A DNA stretch of 64,000 bases from a virus: the IMG/VR virus record IMGVR_UViG_3300025732_000023, positions 34,732-98,731 of that record; one strand, 5' to 3'. The notes below the pieces were generated by a model, which saw nothing but the letters and a program-made list of their open reading frames with translations, searched no databases and was not told the DNA's origin. Position 1 is the first letter of the stretch. Each line of letters starts with the position of its first letter. Both the position numbers and the translations under genes were made by a program. Of the stretch, positions 28,562 through 36,887 are shown piece after piece.

Positions 28562-30817
28562 TTAGTTACAGTTCCAACGACGGAGTGCTTTGTTGATTCT
28601 TGAATCTGGATCTCTTGCGGTTTTTGCTGAAGTCAGTTTTGATTTCATTCCTTTCATACGCCGGCAAAAATTAGCACGACGCTTTGCTCTTTTTCCCTTT
28701 GGTTTCTTTTCAGTGACCGCAGTTTGAAGTTTTGAACCTGGATTCTCTTGGCGATAAGCATCAACTGCTGCTTGACTTAATCCATCAGTTTTATCTTTAC
28801 GGTTGACCTTTTGCCAATCCTCACTGAGTTCTTCTCTCCAATTTGAAAACTGGTATTTTTCTTTCACACTTCCTGCATAAGGCATAGTTATATTATATTC
28901 TTTTTTTGATCCGATCAATTCTGCCGGAAGTGAAAACATATCCCAGTATCTAGTTCCATATTTACATTCATTTCTTAGTTCTAGTTTTTCACATTTGGGG
29001 CAATATCTATCTGGTCTTTCTCTAATTGGTGTATCCCAATCATATCCAAGTGCATCAGTGCTTTCTGATTTAGTTCCCCAACTATCTGCTCCAACTTTGC
29101 GACACTTAACTAATGCACCAGATGCATATGCACTTGGCCAAACTTTATAACGTGACTTTACTTTATGATAGCAAGCATCTTTCTTTTCTGAGACTACTTC
29201 ACCTTCTGGTTCATAAGATTGTTTCAGCAAATCATTGATTCTACGATAATATTGTGGAGATCCATACTGTACTGTATCTTTATCCCCAGTCATATCTTGA
29301 TATGATTTAGTTCTTTCAGATGCTCCTTGTTGAACTCTTCTTAATTTATCTGCTAAAGTTTCTTTTTGTTGTGGTTGTGGTTGGATAGTTGGTCTTTGTT
29401 GTGTTTTTGGTGATGAAACGTATAATGGTAAATATCCAGGATCACTAATATTTCTTACATTATAAGGTCTATTTGGTTGCCTATTAAAACGTTGTAAATC
29501 AGTACCACCTGGTTTTTCTGATCTTTGGGTAAAAGGAACTGGAACTCCTAAAACTTTTTGTTGAGATGTAAAACTTTTGATATTTGGATTGAGTGAATTG
29601 CTACTATATGGTTGCAGAACTCTTCCGGTTCCTGGAAGAGAAAATTCATCAAGTTGCTCACCTTGTGGTTCAAAATGTGCTTTATCAACATTTGCCGATT
29701 TTTTAGGGGTTGATGGAATAATTTTTTCTCCTTTTGGTATTAATCTTTGGAGAAGTTTATCTGGACCTCCATACTTTGTAGCATCAACTTGCTCAGCAGT
29801 TACAAACTTTGCCTTACCTTTTCTACTTGGATTTGGATCTTCTTTACGTTTTTTTGCTGCTCTTCTATTTCTCTCCTCTTTACTCATCGATGCTCTATCA
29901 TCAGCATCGCGGCAGAATGGCTTTGTTTTTTGACCTGGTTGTTTGGCACAAGGTTTTCCATCATATTTACCACCTGCCTGAACCCATCCACCACCTTTAA
30001 ACCAATCTCTTAAAGAATATCCAGGATCCTTTGCAGATTTACCGTCTCTTTTACCTTCTAATATTTCAATTTCTTCCTTATTCATTTCACCACTATCAAC
30101 ATAATCTGCTGCCGAATCAATATAATCTGCTGCTTTAGTGATTTTTGATTGAACCCAAGCCTCAATTTCACCTTCACCTTTCTTCATTTTTTTCTGAAGT
30201 CTTTTTGCTCCGTTTACAATAGTGGAAAGTTCAGATCTTGCCATCGAATACTCGTGATCTCTTGCTTCGTTGGCTGGATGAACTTTTGCTACCGAATACT
30301 TATCCCACATTGTAGGTCCATAAGAACAATCCGTTCTTGCTTCTATTTTTCTACAAAGTTTGCAATATCTCATCTCAACACTTTCAAACGCTGAGCCTCT
30401 TTTTGTATGAAGCATCTCACCTTTTTGCTTTGCAATTAGTTTCAAAGATCTCTTCTGCGCTTCACCAGGAGCACTCATAACATTTTCATCAGGTGTTTTT
30501 CTACTTGCAGCATCATAGATATCAATATCGCCATCAGCATCACGATCTAGATATTGAACAGTTGCGTGATGAACTAATTGCTTCAAATCTACATTAGGAT
30601 CTAGTACATGCTGTCCACCTTTTAGATGGGAAGTTTTGTGTGTAAATTTGGAGAACTTAATCTTCTTTACACTTTGCACATCTTCGTTAAATGGTGACAT
30701 TGATTTTGTCTCTTCGCCTCTTTGTCTTTTCTTTCTGGCAGCACAATGTGCTTTTTGAGAAAAACCCTTTGGATCTTTACAGTCTATTGATTTTTTGTAA
30801 TCCTTAGACCAACTCAT
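28562..30817 (-). CDS. modular basic protein, putative virion polyprotein (DUF5872/DUF6321-like modules)
   Basis: series of short Lys/Arg/Cys-rich modules separated by acidic linkers; C-terminal RRANFCRRM...SRINKALRRWNC. Confidence 0.75.
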   Translation of the reverse strand: MSWSKDYKKSIDCKDPKGFSQKAHCAARKKRQRGEETKSMSPFNEDVQSVKKIKFSKFTHKTSHLKGGQHVLDPNVDLKQLVHHATVQYLDRDADGDIDIYDAASRKTPDENVMSAPGEAQKRSLKLIAKQKGEMLHTKRGSAFESVEMRYCKLCRKIEARTDCSYGPTMWDKYSVAKVHPANEARDHEYSMARSELSTIVNGAKRLQKKMKKGEGEIEAWVQSKITKAADYIDSAADYVDSGEMNKEEIEILEGKRDGKSAKDPGYSLRDWFKGGGWVQAGGKYDGKPCAKQPGQKTKPFCRDADDRASMSKEERNRRAAKKRKEDPNPSRKGKAKFVTAEQVDATKYGGPDKLLQRLIPKGEKIIPSTPKKSANVDKAHFEPQGEQLDEFSLPGTGRVLQPYSSNSLNPNIKSFTSQQKVLGVPVPFTQRSEKPGGTDLQRFNRQPNRPYNVRNISDPGYLPLYVSSPKTQQRPTIQPQPQQKETLADKLRRVQQGASERTKSYQDMTGDKDTVQYGSPQYYRRINDLLKQSYEPEGEVVSEKKDACYHKVKSRYKVWPSAYASGALVKCRKVGADSWGTKSESTDALGYDWDTPIRERPDRYCPKCEKLELRNECKYGTRYWDMFSLPAELIGSKKEYNITMPYAGSVKEKYQFSNWREELSEDWQKVNRKDKTDGLSQAAVDAYRQENPGSKLQTAVTEKKPKGKRAKRRANFCRRMKGMKSKLTSAKTARDPDSRINKALRRWNCN

Positions 30818-30830
30818 ACACCGAAAAAGT

Positions 30831-31253
30831 TTACTCTTTATTATTTAGAAAACCTTGTTTCAGGAGTTTAGACAGTTCTGATGTTGAACCGACAAACACC
30901 GCATTATTGGTAACATTGTTTGTTGTTTTTACAACATCCTCTTCAACATCTTTAAGTTTCTTCTGTAAATCAATTAATTTATCCGTTACATCACCAACAC
31001 TTTTAATCAATTGACCAGCAACTTCATATGCTCTTGGTTGATCACTTTCCGCTGCAAGTTCCATTATTCCATTTATTGCTTCTTGCCCCTTTTCTATAAG
31101 AGAATATAAGTTTGCTCTTGTATACTCATAATCTTTTCTGATATCACCATCAGTAGAAGATTCTACTTTAACGATAGGAGTTTCTTTCTCTACGTTAACA
31201 ATTTCACTTTTGATATTTAAAGCATTATCAATGCTTTCATAATTTTCTGACAT
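30831..31253 (-). CDS. g16: terminase small subunit gp16
   Basis: DYEYTRANL, PRAYEV, FVGSTSEL. Confidence 0.93.
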   Translation of the reverse strand: MSENYESIDNALNIKSEIVNVEKETPIVKVESSTDGDIRKDYEYTRANLYSLIEKGQEAINGIMELAAESDQPRAYEVAGQLIKSVGDVTDKLIDLQKKLKDVEEDVVKTTNNVTNNAVFVGSTSELSKLLKQGFLNNKE

Positions 31254-31259
31254 AATCTA

Positions 31260-32060
31260 TCAAACATCTATTTTACGTGTTGGACTATACTCTCTCGAAT
31301 CATCCAAGAATTCCCAATTTTCATCAAATCCAAAGTTATCATCTGGATTTGCATCAGGTGGAATTGGGCGCAAGGTGTATCTAAGTTCTCTCTTAGCATT
31401 TTCAGTGTCTGTACTAGTGTACATATCAACCTGAATCTTGCGAATCAGACCATCAGTACTATCAGCAACTGGACCGAAGAGATATGTTTTTGCTGTGAAT
31501 GATAATGTATATATTAACGCTCTTCTTGTTGAAAAATCACCTTCATAATCATCCTGAAAATTTATACTTTCCAGAACCATTGGAACATCTTTTTTCTCCC
31601 CAATAGATTCAATCATATCAATTGTTACATTAAATCCTGGTTGGAAATATGGTAAAATTTGCTCAATAATTTGTAACGCATCATCATTTAATTTCGTTAA
31701 AATATTAAGTTCAAATCCAATATTATAAGGAACTGGCATAAAAACTTTTTTTACATTGCCATTAACATCACAAGTTTTGAAAGTTTGAACAACACTTGAC
31801 TTTCTACTTGGATCATATTGTATAGAAGTCATCTCAAATGACATTCGTGGCAATGAAATCTGAGTTGCTTTGTTTAATTCTGGTTGTTGTTGAATTCTTG
31901 CAAGAAATTTTTGTCTTGGTCCATAAGCGATAGGAACTCTCATATCACTTATGCTATTACCGTTTTGATCGGTGTGGCGAATATGGATTTGGTTAAATAA
32001 TGTTCCGAAAGCTATTATAGTCTTTCTTATAATTTCGTGATAATAGTACGTTCCTAACAT
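31260..32060 (-). CDS. g15: tail sheath stabilizer / terminator gp15
   Basis: FGTLFN, VPIAYGP, LPRMSFE, QILPYFQP. Confidence 0.95.
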   Translation of the reverse strand: MLGTYYYHEIIRKTIIAFGTLFNQIHIRHTDQNGNSISDMRVPIAYGPRQKFLARIQQQPELNKATQISLPRMSFEMTSIQYDPSRKSSVVQTFKTCDVNGNVKKVFMPVPYNIGFELNILTKLNDDALQIIEQILPYFQPGFNVTIDMIESIGEKKDVPMVLESINFQDDYEGDFSTRRALIYTLSFTAKTYLFGPVADSTDGLIRKIQVDMYTSTDTENAKRELRYTLRPIPPDANPDDNFGFDENWEFLDDSREYSPTRKIDV

Positions 32061-33487
32061 TAATAAGTACCAAATGGATTTGATTCTGTAAAGTCTAAAA
32101 TGAGATCTGCTTCCTCTTCAATCTCATCATTTTGACTATATTTATCATATGTATCCATTTGATCAAAATATTGAACAGTAAATATCGCTCCGGACTCTGT
32201 TCCAATAATATTTTCTCCCGGTAAAAATAGTGGTTGTGTTGCCCCAATACCCAAATTGGCAACCTTGAGAATGTTGGTATCTTTATCCCACGATTTAACT
32301 CTTGCTCTAATTTGAGATCTAGATCCTCTAACAACTTCGTTGAATAGGAAAGTTCCAATACCAGTAAGTGTTTCTGGATTTGCAATAACCACAGTTGGAT
32401 TAGCAGTGTATCCTATTCCTGGATTTGCAACATATATTGAACGAACTACATTATTAGATCCAACTAATCCAATAGAAGCAATTCCAACGGCAGTCCGACC
32501 TACTCCACTTTGACCTGGTGCCGAAACTGTAACTACAGGGGTAGTTCCATATCCAACACCATTATCATTAACGATAAATCTAACTACACCATTATATGAG
32601 GTTTCAATAGAGCAAGTAGCAGCTGCACCTGCTCCACCACCACCAGTAATTCTTATAGTTGGTGGAGTGCTGTATCCAGCGCCTGCATTAGTCAAATAAA
32701 TCCTATCAACAGATCTAATACCATTTCTAACTGCCATTAAAGCAACCGCAGTTGCATTATCTCCTGGTTGTCCAGTAGGAGAACTACTTATAGCAACCAC
32801 AGGTGCAGAAGTATATCCATATCCATCATTATTGAGGAAAATTTCCCTTATATACCCACTACTGACAATGGCAGATGCTGTTGCAGTTCTACCAACGCCA
32901 ATCAGTTTTAACGTAGTAATATATCCTTCATTTTCAACTTGTGTATCTATTTCTTCAATCGAGGTATCAATAATTTCATCCTCATATTCAAATAGTTCAC
33001 ACTTCAGTTCATAAACATAATTTTTACCTAGTTGATAAAAAGGATTTTCGTGTTCAACAAACTTAACTTCAAAAATTCTTTCTCCAAGCGGAAAGTAAAT
33101 TAAATCTCCTTCTCTTGGACGAGTAGATAATATAATTTCACCTTCACCAGTTCCAGCGTCTAATGCTCCCATAAATGGGGCAATAAAATCTTCAAATCTT
33201 TCTTTTGATATTGTAATTAATAATTCATCTCTAAGACTCATTCCAAATTTAGTTAAAATATCTCCCGCACCAGAATACCCATCGTAAGTATTTACATATG
33301 CCTCAATTGCAAAATTATCATCAAATCTTGAAGATTGAACTTCTTCTATGATAGTTTTTCTATTTACAAATTTTCTTGGAATATAAACAACCTCAACACC
33401 ATACATCCTAAGATGTTCATTTATTAAGTCCTGAATCAATCTCTGTTCAGATGACGTTCCTTGTAGGAAAAATGGATTAAGTGCCAT
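32060..33487 (-). CDS. g14: neck protein gp14 with Gly-rich inserted domains
   Basis: YGVEVVYIPR, RPREGDLIYFP, PFYQLGK, DFTESNPFG. Confidence 0.93.
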   Translation of the reverse strand: MALNPFFLQGTSSEQRLIQDLINEHLRMYGVEVVYIPRKFVNRKTIIEEVQSSRFDDNFAIEAYVNTYDGYSGAGDILTKFGMSLRDELLITISKERFEDFIAPFMGALDAGTGEGEIILSTRPREGDLIYFPLGERIFEVKFVEHENPFYQLGKNYVYELKCELFEYEDEIIDTSIEEIDTQVENEGYITTLKLIGVGRTATASAIVSSGYIREIFLNNDGYGYTSAPVVAISSSPTGQPGDNATAVALMAVRNGIRSVDRIYLTNAGAGYSTPPTIRITGGGGAGAAATCSIETSYNGVVRFIVNDNGVGYGTTPVVTVSAPGQSGVGRTAVGIASIGLVGSNNVVRSIYVANPGIGYTANPTVVIANPETLTGIGTFLFNEVVRGSRSQIRARVKSWDKDTNILKVANLGIGATQPLFLPGENIIGTESGAIFTVQYFDQMDTYDKYSQNDEIEEEADLILDFTESNPFGTY

Positions 33488-34329
33488 TACCCAATAAAGT
33501 CGTATGGTGGAAGTTCGTAATCCATTGACATTCTCTTTGTTATTTCATCCAGTTCTCTTTCTGCGTCTTCATATATTTCTCTACCATTAAACTCAATACC
33601 ACCAGGAAGTTTAACTCCTCTGAATTTAATTAAGTTTTGACCCCACTGTCTCTTAATTAATGCTGTAAGATATCTTTTTAAAAAGCTATCGTTATAAACT
33701 TTGGTATGAGTGGTTGGATCTAAAATTCTATAACAATCTAGAACTAAAAAGTTACCAGCAGACTGTGCTCCCCAATCAAGATCTAGATATAATCTATTCT
33801 GTCTTTTATTAAATCTAACTTGCTTATCGGTTGTTAATAAGAAGTCAATATCTTCAAGATAACTTTTAACCATAGCATATTGTAAAAGTTCAACTGAGTT
33901 GAAATAATATAGATCATTTAAAAATAATTGATACTTAATACTAAACATTCCACCAGAAATGGAACTAGTATCAAACTTAAATATTTTTTCAATACCTATG
34001 ACTGAATCTGGAACTTGAATATAGTTTGAGGTCTCATAGAAATTAAATGATGTTGTACCATATCCAGTTACATTGGATGTTCCTGTTGTTGTAACAATTC
34101 CAACACCATTTTTTCCTTTCGCAGATCCTCTGTCAATATCTGCCTGACTTATTTGATACTTCAAATACATTCTCTCTACACCATCAAAGTGGCGCTCATT
34201 GAAGTATTGAAGGGCATCATCAACTAGATCATCTATTTGGTCATCATCAACGTTAATTTCCAGCACAGGCGCTCCTAGACGCCTTAGACAGTAATCAATC
34301 AGTTCTTGCCTACTTGCTGGTTTTGCCAT
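33487..34329 (-). CDS. g13: neck protein gp13
   Basis: LRRLGAPVLEINV, KRQWGQNLIKF...LPGG. Confidence 0.95.
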   Translation of the reverse strand: MAKPASRQELIDYCLRRLGAPVLEINVDDDQIDDLVDDALQYFNERHFDGVERMYLKYQISQADIDRGSAKGKNGVGIVTTTGTSNVTGYGTTSFNFYETSNYIQVPDSVIGIEKIFKFDTSSISGGMFSIKYQLFLNDLYYFNSVELLQYAMVKSYLEDIDFLLTTDKQVRFNKRQNRLYLDLDWGAQSAGNFLVLDCYRILDPTTHTKVYNDSFLKRYLTALIKRQWGQNLIKFRGVKLPGGIEFNGREIYEDAERELDEITKRMSMDYELPPYDFIG

Positions 34330-34334
34330 TTTTG

Positions 34335-34547
34335 TTACGCTTCAGGTTTTTTGGACTTTTTCAATTCATCATATTTGTTTTGTAAATCAAGGTTTACTGC
34401 TAGAATCTCATTTTTTTCTTTGGCAAAATCGTCTGATAATGTTTGCAACTTTGCTTCTAGCAATATATTTTGGTTTGTTAGTGCTGCTAATTTTTGATTA
34501 TATAAACGCACTAAGATATTGATATCGACTTCACTTTCATTTGACAT
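34335..34547 (-). CDS. small coiled-coil hypothetical protein
   Basis: heptad-like Leu pattern; tight packing. Confidence 0.7.
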   Translation of the reverse strand: MSNESEVDINILVRLYNQKLAALTNQNILLEAKLQTLSDDFAKEKNEILAVNLDLQNKYDELKKSKKPEA

Positions 34548-34550
34548 ATT

Positions 34551-36224
34551 TTAGAATGTTCCTCCGTCAAGGGTTGATGTCCAGTGTGGTTTATTAGTAT
34601 ATATTGTCGAAACTGAGGAAGGAATTACTGATAGATTTTGTATCGATCCATTATCACCTTCTTTTCTAATGTTGTAAGTATTAACAAATGTTCCCTCAAC
34701 ACCAATTAGACTTAATGTGGATAATGTACCACCAGTTTCAACAACACCATAAGCATTGCTTGTATCTTGTCTAATAATATCTCCTGCGGTTACAGTAACA
34801 GAAGAAGGTAATGCCAAAGTAACCTTTGTAATAGCAGTTAGAATCTGCTTTGAAGTAATAACCGGGGATGCTGGATTATTTGTCGAAGTTTGTAATCCAT
34901 CAGCATCAAAATATACAACACCGTGAGTATTAAAGTCACCAGTTTGATAGTAAATACCCTTAATATCAAGATATCCTCTGGTTCCAGTTACTACACTATT
35001 AGTGATAGTTGCATCTGGAATATAAGTCCAAGATCTTACAGTGGCAGCACTTCCAACATTATTTTGATCAGTGTATCCAAAGAATCCAATTTTATTATTT
35101 GCAGTTCCAGTGCTTGTATTATAATTAAATGCAATACCACGATCAGTATTAGTGTCGTATGCGTGGGTAATTGTTAATTGTGTAGTTGTAGAAATTCCAG
35201 GAGCAATAGTTGCGTCTGTTAAAGTTATAATCTTATTAACAGTATCATAAGCAGTTACTGTGTTTACTCCAGATACCGAAAGTGCAGCATTTCCGCTAAC
35301 TACGTCACCTGTATTGATTCCTGTAACAGAATCCAATCTAATTGTGCTTACACCAGCAACAACAGTAGTCATTACTGTTCTTGTGCTTGTTACATCACCG
35401 AGAACAATAATAGGATCATTTAGATCGACAGTTGTTGAATTTACAGATGTTGTGGTTCCATCTACCTGTAAATTTCCTTTTACAATAACTGTTCCTTCAT
35501 TACTTAATCCATCTGGATATGGATCTAAGTATAATTCGTTACCAGAAATAGATGATATTACATTATCCTTTATTTTTATCTGATCAATAGTGGCATGACC
35601 ACTTATACCTATCGTTCCACCTACATTCAGATTTTTTTCAATTCCTACTCCACCCTCAACGACAAGGGCACCACTATCTTTATCACCAGATTCTGTAACG
35701 TCGCCAATATTAATTGCTACGCCATTGGCAAATGCCCAATCAGCTCCCTCAATTTCAAATCTATTATCAGTTGCTTCATCATAACGCATTTTAACGTCTT
35801 TATCATTACCAAATGATAAGTACGTATCATCGACAATATTAATTTCACCAGTTCCATTTGGATCTAAAACAATATCACCATCAGTATTTGTTGATGATAA
35901 AGTGTTTAAATCAAGTCTTAAATTATCAACGTTCCACTGGTCTACTTTTCTGTTACTATCAAGAATAGCAACAATACCACCATCACTATTCCTTGTATTT
36001 GTTACGCCAGCAATTGATCCTGGCGTATGCTCCATCATAGAAGCATAATAATAACCACCAACTGGATTTACATTATTACCATCATCACCTACAAAAATTC
36101 TATCTTTGTACTGATTAACACCACCATAACTACCAATACCAGTTACGTATGCTAATTCACCCCAATTTAGACTAGAAGGTTTATTAGTACCTGAGGATCT
36201 TTTGATCCTGATAATACTTGCCAT
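34551..36224 (-). CDS. fiber-like virion protein (Mtd N-terminal-like domain; wac-equivalent position)
   Basis: IRIKRS...L.WGELAY; GALVVEGGVGIEKNLNVGG fiber repeat; LDGGTF end. Confidence 0.7.
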   Translation of the reverse strand: MASIIRIKRSSGTNKPSSLNWGELAYVTGIGSYGGVNQYKDRIFVGDDGNNVNPVGGYYYASMMEHTPGSIAGVTNTRNSDGGIVAILDSNRKVDQWNVDNLRLDLNTLSSTNTDGDIVLDPNGTGEINIVDDTYLSFGNDKDVKMRYDEATDNRFEIEGADWAFANGVAINIGDVTESGDKDSGALVVEGGVGIEKNLNVGGTIGISGHATIDQIKIKDNVISSISGNELYLDPYPDGLSNEGTVIVKGNLQVDGTTTSVNSTTVDLNDPIIVLGDVTSTRTVMTTVVAGVSTIRLDSVTGINTGDVVSGNAALSVSGVNTVTAYDTVNKIITLTDATIAPGISTTTQLTITHAYDTNTDRGIAFNYNTSTGTANNKIGFFGYTDQNNVGSAATVRSWTYIPDATITNSVVTGTRGYLDIKGIYYQTGDFNTHGVVYFDADGLQTSTNNPASPVITSKQILTAITKVTLALPSSVTVTAGDIIRQDTSNAYGVVETGGTLSTLSLIGVEGTFVNTYNIRKEGDNGSIQNLSVIPSSVSTIYTNKPHWTSTLDGGTF

Positions 36225-36452
36225 TTAGAAATTTCCCCCGTTGATGTCTAAATTCTGTGTTGCCCCTGGTGTAAGGGTTAGTGTAGCGTCCCATTTTCTA
36301 GTGGCACCATTATAAACAAGAACCATACCATCAAGTAAATTTGTGGCATTAACATCACTAAGTTCAGACAAAGAAAGACCTTGAGCACCAGCAAGTGAAG
36401 ATATAACTTTTACTGCAGGTTGTTGTCCTACTCTGACCTTAATTTCTGCCAT
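36225..36452 (-). CDS. small virion / fiber-associated protein
   Basis: LSELSDVN...DGMVLVYN...KW; INGGNF end. Confidence 0.65.
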   Translation of the reverse strand: MAEIKVRVGQQPAVKVISSLAGAQGLSLSELSDVNATNLLDGMVLVYNGATRKWDATLTLTPGATQNLDINGGNF

Positions 36453-36478
36453 TTATAAACAGTTCAGGATCTAAAATA

Positions 36479-36486
36479 TATTTATA
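36479..36486 (-). promoter_or_regulatory. late promoter TATAAATA
   Basis: exact consensus. Confidence 0.8.
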
Positions 36487-36682
36487 CTTCATTGAATCCA
36501 AAAGGTTCAATAGAAGACCCAAATGATGAAATAACCTCTTGCTGCTTAAAGTAAAGCTTTACATAAGATTTTGCAATGTTTCTGAGAGTATCAATACAAT
36601 CGATTGAATCAATTTCAGACGCTGCCTTGTAATACTCAAAACTTTTGCTCAAATTTTCTAAATTAATTTTGTCTGGGTCCAT
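36482..36682 (-). CDS. small helical protein, weakly NblA-like
   Basis: 66 aa, two predicted amphipathic helices. Confidence 0.6.
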   Translation of the reverse strand: MDPDKINLENLSKSFEYYKAASEIDSIDCIDTLRNIAKSYVKLYFKQQEVISSFGSSIEPFGFNEV

Positions 36683-36884
36683 TAATAATTTCCTTTAGTA
36701 AAGATTTAATTTCATCAATATCTTTTTTAATCATATCTATTTCATTTTTTTCCTTTTCTTTGATCTCTTTCAAACGCATATAATTCATATATGCTGACTT
36801 ATCCTTATTAAGAATTGCGCCAGTGTTTCGATCTCTAAAAAGATTACTATGACCTTCAACTGGGATTAAATTTGAATTTTCCAT
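36663..36884 (-). CDS. conserved small hypothetical protein
   Basis: VEGHSNLFRDRNTGAILN followed by a coiled coil. Confidence 0.7.
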   Translation of the reverse strand: MENSNLIPVEGHSNLFRDRNTGAILNKDKSAYMNYMRLKEIKEKEKNEIDMIKKDIDEIKSLLKEIINGPRQN

Positions 36885-36887
36885 AAT

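Noticed and set aside
32300-32900. Gly-rich insertion in gp14
   Set aside because: Such GxGY repeat domains are commonplace in cyanomyovirus structural proteins
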